From positions 62,001 through 126,000 of the forward strand of contig RSEE01000012.1 in the NCBI GenBank assembly GCA_003971905.1: a stretch of 64,000 nucleotides of DNA. The letters run 5' to 3'. Origin of the DNA: Moniliella sp. 'wahieum'. Its lineage: Eukaryota. Below the pieces are notes generated by a model, which was given only the letters and a program-made list of their open reading frames with translations, ran no database searches and was not told where the DNA came from. This document shows positions 35,326 through 47,458 of this stretch, piece by piece. The stretch's first letter is position 1. Each line of letters starts with the position of its first letter. The position numbers and the translations under genes are program-made.

Positions 35326-36673
35326 GGTGCGGCAGGCCAGGCCAGGTGCCGATGGTGGTGGTGGTGGTGGTGGGCAGCGCACGCGTGGTCCCCAGCTCGC
35401 GTCGGATGGGGCGAGGCAGAGTGCCTTGCTCTTGCTGTTTGGGCCAAGCTTCAACAACTTCAAGCTAAGCTTCAAGCTTCAAGCGCTCTGCTGTTTGACG
35501 TCACCGCCATCACCTCGTCTCACTCTTCCGTTGCCGCGCGACGGACCAAGGCCAGAACGCATCAGCGGTCGCCCATGCGTGAGCAGCAACCGCTGGGACC
35601 TGGGTTAGGTGAACATTTCAGGGCCGCTGCTCCCAGGTCACATGTCACAGGCCTGACACTGGCGTACTGCCGTGTCCCGCCTTGCCCTGGCTGGCGCTGA
35701 GGCGCTGAGGCTGCGGCGGGACAGGCACCAGCGGCCACGGGCCACCCACATACGTCCAACACGCTGCTGGTTCCGATGGGTTCTGTGCGCTTCTGTTCGA
35801 TTCGCATTCCATTTCTCCAGCGAGTGACATCTGAGGGAAGGACATGGTCGTGTGTTCGTCCAGAGGCGTCCTACGCGAGCTGGTAGGTATAAGAGCGGAC
35901 AGACGGAGACAACAAACAACAACAGAGTGTGGGTACGTGAGCGTGAGCTACTTCGCCACGTGGACTATGTGGTGCGCATGTGATCGATGATGATCGATGA
36001 TCTAATTGGCCACACCGACAGCCCCACTACAGCTCGAGCTCGACGAGAGGACGCGAGGATCCGATCAAGGGGCAGCAAGGGCTGAAGCTTGAAGGGCGAA
36101 GACGTGTGATGAGACTGGTGACCTGATGGTCATCGAGGGTGATGCAATCGCACTGGTGGTGGTGGTAGTGAGGCACGGTACGGAACGGCCGACAGGCACG
36201 AGACTTTAGCCACGCACGGCTGCGACTGACGGACACAATCGGTACTGAACGCAAGCAGACCGAGCTAAATCGGGTCGGCATAGGCACGCCTTGCCAACCA
36301 ACCGACCAAGGAGCAGGACAAAACCCACCCAGAGAGGAGCTACGAGTCACTAGTCACGAATCACTAATCACGAATCACTAATCACATCATGCAGGAAAGT
36401 ACATTTCCCCGTCCGCATCGTTTGCCCCATCCTCGTGTAGCTGAGAGGAGGCGAGAGGGAGGCACGACAGGAAGCCACTGGAGCCGAGCGCCAAGAGGAC
36501 GCGAGGCGGGGAAGGGAGAGGGAGAGAGGAGATTGATTAGAGAGCGAACGAAGACGAGCCACCGCAGGCGAACGCCAACCATACAGCTGGCCCATACACA
36601 TGCATGCCCCGTAGTTGCCTTGGCGCTAAGCCTTAGCCGAAGGCACCGAGCCAACCAGGTTGGTGACTCGGGC

Positions 36674-38925
<2,252 letters not shown>

Positions 38926-39499
38926 TCACTCCTGCACTGGCCCCGTGCCCGCGATCGGCGACGCCCCGGCGCGGGTGGCGCACCACACACTGCCCTTGTG
39001 CGCCCAAGGCGCCAGCGCGCAGGCTGCATCGCCTGCCGGAGCCACGTCCCCCCAATTGCAACCTTTCATCGGGCAGCAACGCGGGCACGTGTAACCATGT
39101 AACCCTCAGGGAGAGCACTATTAGAACCACGCATGGCCGTCTCGTCGCGAGTATCGTCCATCCCAGTACCTCATTTGGTGTTAGCACGTCTCGAGCGTGC
39201 CGCCGCTCACCGTGGGGCAGGCGATGGATCTGACGCCTCTCCTCCAGTGCATGCCCACCGCTAGCCTCGTGCCAACTTTGAGCGAGAACGATGAGAGACA
39301 GCTGAAATATGGGCATTTTGGTACCAGCTGTGCATATACGGCCATCTCATCTCACCTTGCCTCGATTGGGACCTCTCCTGCTCGGGGCATGCCTTAACCG
39401 AGCCTCACACTGTAGCCTACCCTCGCCGCGTCGACCAGAGCGTGCCTTCACCGACTACCATTTGCATATGTGCACAAGCCCGAAGTGATGGTGCATAGC

Positions 39500-39950
39500 A
39501 GGTTCAAATACGGACAGGTCGGTGTGGATGGCGCCTGCATGCCACCAATTGTCATCCGATGTAAGAACTGGTAGCCGCGCATCATGCACAGCATTCGTCC
39601 CTTCCAGGGGAGGTAACACGCTACCGGATTGGACCGGGATTGAGGTCAGAACACGTCCATACATCTGACGGGAGGTCGAAACGGCAGATGGCCTGTGTTG
39701 ATGGCATCAGTGCTGCACCAATTTTCGTCAAACAATGTATGATACATTCACATCCTGCACAAGAAGCAGGCATTCCATGGGAGGTAAGGCGCGCCAGGGT
39801 TGGACAAGGATTGAGGTCACCCCACGTCCAAACAACAGAAGTTAGGTCAAACGGCGGATGGTCAGTACGGATGGTGCCGGCTCTCCACCAATTCTGGACG
39901 GATCTGAGAATGAATGGTGGCGCATGGTGCCCCAGGTAGTCCTCTTTCAG
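39500..39950. repeat. Degenerate tandem repeat, period ~171 bp, ~2.6 copies
   Basis: CACCAATT at 39543/39716/39886, GATTGAGGTCA at 39638/39809, AGGT(T)C(G)AAA at 39500/39673/39844, GGAGGTAA at 39609/39780. Confidence 0.8.
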
Positions 39951-40570
39951 ATGCGCCTGCGCGGGGTGCAAGGCAGTGAACCGTGATGGAGAACGGACGT
40001 GTGGCGCTGGGCGATTTGGTGGTGGTAGCGGCTTGGTGTGATGGGTGGCGGCCGAACCAATCTGACCGCGCGACCCATCTGGGCCTCTGCAGCCACTTTC
40101 CACCATCCCGGGCCTCGTTCTCCCGCGTCCACCTGCCTTCCCACCCGCCCCAGCGCTGTGCGCTTGCCTCCCACGCACGCCGCGGCCATCCCCGCCATTC
40201 ATTCGGCCATCGCCACCGTCGGGTCGACCAAGCGGAAGCAGGCGATGGCACATGCCATTGTACATGCCTGCTAGCCTCAGTCTGGCGCGCTGCCCGTCCA
40301 TGGTCACCCCCCGCCTGCCACCAGACCACCGCGCTTGATTTGGCCGCCTGGACGCTCGTTGTGGCTATGTGGAAGCTCGTCGGCCATCTCCCCACTTGCC
40401 TTGCCCACATCCAAGCAGACTGTGTAGCTTGTCACGCCGTCCGCTTCCGACACTCTGCCGGCCCACATGCGCACCCCCTTAGCCGTCCCTGCTGTAGTCA
40501 AACTTGGGTTCCTCATCTACGTCGTTGGCCATGTGCAACCTGGTCGCGCGCATCGGCAAGCATGCCGTCA

Positions 40571-40645
40571 CCCATCCCATCCCATCCCATCCCATCCATC
40601 CCATCCCTCCCATCCCATCCCATCCCATCCATCCCATCCCATCCC
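40571..40645. repeat. (CCCAT)n microsatellite
   Basis: Imperfect pentanucleotide run read directly; shorter runs of the same unit at ~44320 and ~45230. Confidence 0.9.
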
Positions 40646-41173
40646 ACCCTTCCTCATTCTGAGCCGCTCTTGCACCAGCCTCTTCCCCCTCACCACGTCG
40701 CTCTCCCCATAATTGCCCCCATCTTGACACCTGTCACGGACATTCTCAAGCCCTAGTTGCCCATGTGCAAGTCAAATGTGGTGCTCTGTCTGTCGCGTCT
40801 ACGCTTGCGCACGCGCGATGGAAACTGTTGGTTCAACCATGTGTCTGGCGTCTCCAAGCTTGTGCTGGCCGTATCCAGAGGCTTGCGTTCGCCATCTTCA
40901 AGCCCGTCCTCGCCATCAAACCTGTGCTTCCATCTTCAAACTGCGCTCGCCGTCTGCAACACCAAGCATGTGTAGGAACATAATAATGCATATCATCATT
41001 CAGCTTACCTCTCCGTCCTTTATTGTCTTCTGAGAACATGCTGCCCAGAAGCATCCGAGGACCTGTCATATAGATGTTTAAGCGGACAATGACTGCGGCG
41101 GTCGTGAGTCTTTGAGGCGAACATAACAACCACTGCCACAGTTTGTCAAGCACACCACGGTATGCACGTTGTG

Positions 41174-41831
41174 TGTCATGGGGGGGGTCCCGAGGTGGGA
41201 CCCCCCTGTAGTTTAGGGGTATAAGCCCTTGGATAGATCAATCGGTGGCTCGTACGTTAGGTCCTGCTCCAGATCCTGGTTGAACCGAGCGGGGTGTAGA
41301 GGCTAGGGAGAGACCCTCTAGTTTGGGTGGCTGCCTGCGTGCAAAGGCCGCAGTCCAGACCCTCCGAGGTAGGAGCCGTGTACGTAGGTCGTTAGACCAG
41401 CTGAAGGGGTCCAGAAGCTCCGGAATTACTCTGTTCCTCGCAGCGTTACCACGCTTGGTACGCTGTAGCTGGCGGGAACAGACAGAGTCCTAAGAAGAGC
41501 AAGCGCTACTGATGAGAGTAACCGCGGCTTGCAGTGCACTCGACGTAAGTCGTCAATTTGTAAGCGCAAGGGCGGTAGAAGGTGGAAGGGCGAGAGAGGA
41601 ACTGGTAGTCGGAGAGACCAACGGTAATAGACAGGATGGTCGACAAGGACCACAGCTAGCAAGCCTTAGACATGGCTGCTTATATACAGCAGAAGGAACC
41701 AGGCCTCAGTGCCTCATGACAGGTATAGACGAATGCGGGGCACTTCCCAGAAAGGTAAAGACTAATGTACAGCCCTTGCTTCCCAAGACGCTGACGCTGC
41801 GCAGTCGGGCGCAGCAGGAAGGGTTCTGACA
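41174..41831 (-). mobile_element. Diverged solo-LTR-like element related to family A (right end uncertain)
   Basis: Starts TGTCATGGGG...GTTTAGGGGTATAAGCCCTTGG, matching the family A terminus (TGTCATGGGG...GTTTAAGGGGTACAATCCCTTGG on the reverse strand of 16788-16850). TATATAA on the minus strand near 41680-41686; TGACA at 41827-41831. Confidence 0.5.
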
Positions 41832-42687
41832 AGACTGGACGCAAATCGTACCGATAAGCCCATGCGGCCATGGCGGGCCGCGGACGATATCCGCAGCAAG
41901 GATAAGGTGTCGACTGGCTCTCTCTCGCTAGTCTAACCGAACTGACGCATGTGGGCTGAGATGTCTACGACATGCGGGACTCAGCGTCCGGAGATAACCG
42001 GAGCGCCCCCCGTAACAATGTGAGATGAGAAAGAACAGCTACCAGGTGGTACCTCTTGACGAGTAGACCTATGACGGATGCAGATGTTTGACGCAAGCGC
42101 AAGACAAGCATCAGGATGCAGGTTCTGCTTGCGCATTGCCCTGTAGCAAAACACGAACCCCGCTTGTCGCCCCGCCCTAAAGACAGCCTAAACAGCAGCA
42201 GGCAGACAGAGCAAGCAAGCGTTGACGTGCCTTGGCCGGCCAGACCGACGAATACCATCTCTAGGCCACATGCAGCCCTGTCGGAACACTAAGAAATTGT
42301 CGCGGACGCCTGGATGGGAGGGCGGAGAGCAGCTGTGCTGTCGAATGTTCCACCGTCTCTGGCTGGCACGACGTTCAGCTCTTGGGCCAGGGCTAGGAGT
42401 GTGTGGCAAGTACCCCCCGCACCCGGCACAAGCCGCAACAGTCCTTCTAGCGAGCGCTAGATTGTATCCGGTTTCGATCCAGTAGACGGCGAGGAAATGG
42501 GAACGGGGGTAGAGTGGTTAGTTGCAAGTTGGCACAACTGGAAAAACTGGTCCTGCCCACCAGAGATCAACTGACTACGCAAGGGACAACTGGATCCAAT
42601 AGCTGCAGCCAGTCGAAGACAATTAACAAGTAGCCAACGTGAGGCGTAAATTCGTACGCGTATGGGAGAAGGTTGAAAGTGGTATAG

Positions 42688-43030
42688 GCTGGTGCGCTCG
42701 CTGACACGGCCAACTGAATCCTAGTGTGCATGTGATCGCTCAGACGGCCAGCTGTAGCCGTGGTGCGCGCCCTGAGACATATAATTGCCGCCTGGTGCGG
42801 TGGCTGAGACAAACCTCTGACCCTAACGAGGCGGACTGCCGGCGGGAGCGCTCACTGAGACAGATCATCGATCACTAGTCACTGCTGCCCGGTGCGCCCG
42901 CCCGCGTCTAATGGTAGTCAGGAGCAGAGACAGAGCACTGTCGCCGGGTGCGCCCGAATACTGAGTGTGATGTTGCCGCGACCGACTGCCACCTGGTGCG
43001 CTCGATCAGACGTGGGACGCCCGCCTCACC
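42688..43030. repeat. Degenerate ~50-bp minisatellite (GCC..GGTGCG...CTGAGACA core)
   Basis: Core recurs at ~42690, 42762, 42790, 42838, 42887, 42942 and 42987. Confidence 0.55.
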
Positions 43031-43257
43031 ACTGAGTCACTGTTGGGGGACCATATTACCTAGCTTGGCCCATTGAATCCGCTCTCGAGAGGATAGACAG
43101 ATGGATTCCCCCCTGGCGCCCGAATCGACGGACTGTAGCCGGTGCCCTCCCTTGGCCGGCCCTGAGCTGAAACGGTTACGCACTGCCAAGTCACCCCGTA
43201 GCCGAGCCGGCCTTTCCTCTGGGGGCCTCGCCCAGAGAGAGCCACTTGCACTCAGTA

Positions 43258-43536
43258 CTCACGCTAGTTAGTCACTGTACTGCCGAGCTCTGGGTGCTTC
43301 CACTGAGAGAGTCTCTTGGGCTCACGCTTGGTTAGTCAATGTATTGCCGAGCTCTCTGGTGCTTCCCACTAAGAGAGTCTCTTCATGTACTGCCGTAGCC
43401 AGGAGCTCTCTGGTGCTTCCCTCAGAGAGACACTGGTCCTTGTGCTCACGCTTAGTTAGTCATTGGATAGAGCGCAAGCCTGCCCTCTGGTGCCTGCCCC
43501 GGCCTGCCCTCTGGTGCTTCCCTCAGAGACAGACCT
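43258..43536. repeat. ~63-bp tandem repeat, ~4 degenerate copies
   Basis: CTCACGCT..GTTAGTCA at 43258/43321/43445, and (GAG)CTCT(CT)GG(G)TGCTTCC..AGAGA recurring four times. Confidence 0.85.
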
Positions 43537-44017
43537 GTGGATAGAATGATCTACACGCGGCGGATGTACCAACGGCGGTTTTCCATCTGAGTTCGCGGTG
43601 TGCTCTCAATCGCTCGGTCCGGATCTCCGTCTCTTCGTCCCGCCGTCTCTTCGCGCCCGTCTCGAGGAAAAGGAAAGGGAATATTCAGATCCGAGCGATC
43701 AATCGATGACCCCGATCACGACAAAATGGACTCTCAACACTTGACCGTGCCAAAACACGGGTGTTTGCAGATTGTAGCGGATGATAGACGGATGCATCAT
43801 GGGGGTTTGGTCTGGAGATGGGTGCTGGTGCTAACTGAGGTGTGGGATCAGGACGTTGGCTCGCGGGGGAAGCGAGGAGGAAGCGAGAAAAGCGAGGGTT
43901 CCTCGATTCCTGGTTTTCTGTTTGTCGCTCGGTCACTTATACACCACATTGTGCTTGAGCTTGAAACGTGATGCTTGACGTTGAGCACTGAGCACCTGAG
44001 CGCGTGAGGCCTCGCCA

Positions 44018-44810
44018 TCATGCATCATGCATGATGTATGAGATGAGACTGGGCCGGTGACGCTGGTCGCCTGAAGTTGCAATCCTGGCGCTTACCTCAG
44101 CCTGCGGTGGGTTGGTTGGGTCGGCTGGTCGCAACCTCAGCAGCGGGGGCGATGGTGATGGGGAGGGGACCATGAAGAGCATTCCCGGTACGTTGGGCGT
44201 CGCCGTCGTTGGGCGTCGCCGAGGCGACAAGGGGGAAGGTGGTGGCTGATATGACCGAGTACGCGGGTATGTTTCGTGGGTGTGGTGGTGGTGCGGTTGC
44301 GGGGTGGTACGGGACGGGGATGGGATGGGGATGGGATGGGATGGACAGGCACGCTGTTGAGTGCGACCCGGCGTGAAGCAGTTGATCCTGTCGTTGGATA
44401 AGGAGCTCAAGTTTCTCATCAAGGACTGGACGAGACCACGTGGTGGTCAGTTCCTCCATGGTGGATCTCCTGCGGATTCGGATCGAGGAGATCCTTGAAG
44501 AATGCGTTTTCTCTTGAGCCCTGAGCTAGCCGAGCGCGCTTACGCATGGGAGCTTGGACAGCTTGGTGCAAGTTTGTTCGCGCGTCCGATCTAACGTCCG
44601 AGTCCGAGGACTGCATGCCTCTCTCACCCCTCTCTTCTGCCTGCTGGGCGCTTGCGGCCTCTCTACCCGCTGAGCGCTTGCGGCCTCTCTACCCGCTGAG
44701 CGCTTGCGGTCTCTCTGTCTGTTTGGACTGGCGGGCGAGACCTGTTCTAGGTCGTATGAGGTCATCGGGCCAAGGCTAAGCGGCGGCGCAGTGCGAGTGG
44801 CATACGCCAT
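44018..44810 (-). CDS. Possible small hypothetical protein or decayed gene
   Basis: Protein-like fragments (KRARLAQGSRENAFFKDLLDP; LDEKLELLIQRQDQLL) across frames; contains a 26-bp tandem duplication at ~44648-44709. Confidence 0.25.
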
Positions 44811-45060
44811 TCATTGCATCAATCTTACTCCGCCTGCTACTTGGAAACTCCTACACTACGTGGGGGTACACTGCACCCTCTAATGGGCAGCTAGGATAAG
44901 AAAGAACTGATGGGACCGGGGAAAGCGAGAGAACGTGGGGATGGTGGGGGGGGGTCCAATGTAGTAAGGGACGAATGGGGCGAACCACTAGTAAGGTAGC
45001 GAGACGGGGGCAAACCCCGACCCGCACCAGGAAGGTAAAATAGAATCGGCATGGGGCGCG

Positions 45061-45165
45061 AGGGAAGGGAAGGGAAAGGAAAGGGAAGGGAAGGGAAAGG
45101 GAAAAGGAAAGGGAAAGGGAGGGAAAGGAAAGGGAAAGGGAAAGGGAAAGGGAAAGGGGAAAGGA
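45061..45165. repeat. (GGGAA/GGGAAA)n purine microsatellite downstream of UXS1
   Basis: About 100 bp of almost pure G/A repeats. Confidence 0.9.
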
Positions 45166-45251
45166 GGTGGATAGATAGATGGTCGATGATCGAGCTGGAG
45201 CTTGAAAGCCAAGTCGCGAACCGCTGCGATCCCATCCCATCCCATCCCATC

Positions 45252-47458
45252 TTACCCCATCCGATCAAAGTTCGCCCGCATCAATTTTTGTTGGTAGTAG
45301 TGCACCATCTCCACCAGACCTTGTTTCAAGGACCAGCGAGGGTGCCAGTGCAGAAGAGATTGGGCGCGCGTCGTGTCCGGCCTGCGCTTTTGCGGGTCGT
45401 CGGGGGCATAGGACAATACACAATCTCCAGCCCACAGATGTACTCGCGCGTAGGACCTGTACTGGAATCTTCTTCTTGCGGCGGGGACGAGAGGGTGAAG
45501 AGGAGCGGTCCAATGTGGAAGGATCCGGCTGCTGCTGTTGTTGCTGTTGTTGTTGTTGTTGTTGGGCGATAAGGTGTTTGGGGGTAAGGGGTGGGTTGCT
45601 TTGCTGAAGACGAACTTGGTGGATCGCTTCCGCCACTGCCTGAACCAATTCCTTGATGGTAAACTCGCCCATGTTACCGAGGTTGACCGGCCCGTGGACG
45701 CCGAGTTCAGGCTCGTCGTCCTGGTCCGGATCGTATTCCGCCACATTGGGCAGGTCGGAATCGGGTTCGGGTTCGGCCTCCATCAGTGCAATCAAACCAT
45801 CGACCAAATCGTGGATGAACATAAACGAGCGTGTCTGCTGGCCATCGCCATAGACCGTCAACGGTTCCCCCTTGAGACCTTGCAGAATAAAGTTGGATAC
45901 CACACGTCCATCGTACGGGTGCATCCTCGGGCCATACGTATTGAATATCCGCGCCACCCGCACGTCCACCCCATCTTGGTAAAAGTACCCATACGTCAAC
46001 GTCTCTGCGACTAAACACAACAAGCAAGAAACAAAAGAAAAAAGAAAATGCAGAGGAAGGGCGTCAGGCTCCGCGCACAGTCACAGTTAACAACAACAAG
46101 GGAGAGGCCAAAGGAGTGCTGGTCATTCCAACATTCCAACCAAACGTACTCCGCTTTCCCTCGTCGTAGCACCCTCTCGGTCCGGTTTGGTTGACGTTGC
46201 CGTGGTACGACTCGGGTTGGGGATGGACGCTGGGTCGCCATATACCTCAGAGGTGGAGGCGAGGAGGAAACGCGATTTGGTGCGTTTGGCCAACCCCAGC
46301 ATATTGAGCGTGCCTTGGAAGTTGGTTTTGATCGTCTGACCGGATTGACCTGGTACGCCTGGGACTGGCCGGACAGGCCAAATGGTAAATTTGGTCCACC
46401 TCCAACAGCGAGTTGACCACATCGTGCCGAACCAACTCAAAGTTCGGATGTCCAACCCACTGACGAATGTTGGTCTTGTTGCCCGTAAAGAAATTGTCCA
46501 CGACGAGCACCTCGTGGCCCATGAGCATCAGACGGTCCACCAAATGACTCCCCACAAACCCGCTCTGGTCACACCAACAACCCACATCCCATGCACACGT
46601 CAGTCAAAGCGGCCAACAATCCAACCCAACCCAACCCATCCAGAATGGTAGAAAGAAGATTTGGTCCCACTTACCCTCCAGTGACTAGGATACGTTTCTT
46701 GTCGATAAAGTTAAGCGCGCGGGTGGGAAGATAAGGCGCGCGCTGGGCAGGCGAGTAGGTGACAAGACGAAGTCGATCGGGCGTGTCGACAGGGACGGCT
46801 TGATCCGATTCGGTGGATCGGACGCGCTGGTGCGACGAGCGGGGGTAGCGGCAGGTGCGCCCCAGTGTGGGCGGTGTTGCGCAGTGGAAGAAAGGACCGA
46901 GCGGCGGTGCAGAGAACTGGAGCGCGCGGGCGCTACGGACGCTGCAGCCCATGCGACCCACCAGAGGTAGCGAAGCCGAATGCCCCATACCATTCGCAAC
47001 ACCCACCGAATCGCTCGGGCGAGCGCAGGGACTGATTGGGGGACAGCGCATCGGCTCGAACGAGGCGGGACCGGAACGTCGACTCTGGGCCTGTGCCGGG
47101 GCCGGGCCGGGGCAGGGCTTGCTTTGGCCGTGGGGGGGGAAGAAGGAAGAGCGTGCGAATCGTACCGGTCGTAGGACTGCCAGCGCGCTCGACCGACACG
47201 GTATGCGAGGCGCGGTCGGAGCCAAGGTAGAGCTGGCGGAGCAAGGTGAGTGGCAGGTCCCACTGGTGGGGCAGCTCGTCGAGGGGAGGGGGAGGACTGG
47301 TGCGATCGCTGCTGGCGCTGGCACTGGCGTCGGCAGGTGTGACGCTGTGCATGTCGTCGATGCCAGAGGAGGCCATGGCGATGCGCGGGAGCGAGATGGT
47401 GGGGTTGGCGCGCCCCAACTCGCGTTCCACCGGGTTGGGCGTGGCTGGATGGGGGCAT
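45252..47458 (-). CDS. UXS1: UDP-glucuronate decarboxylase (UDP-xylose synthase); introns ~46565-46674 and 46011-46149; long N-terminal extension
   Basis: [118 protein letters not shown]. Confidence 0.95.

Noticed and set aside
42688..43536. CRISPR-like repeat-spacer array
   Set aside because: Repeats are degenerate, spacers are related to each other, the context is eukaryotic and there are no cas genes.
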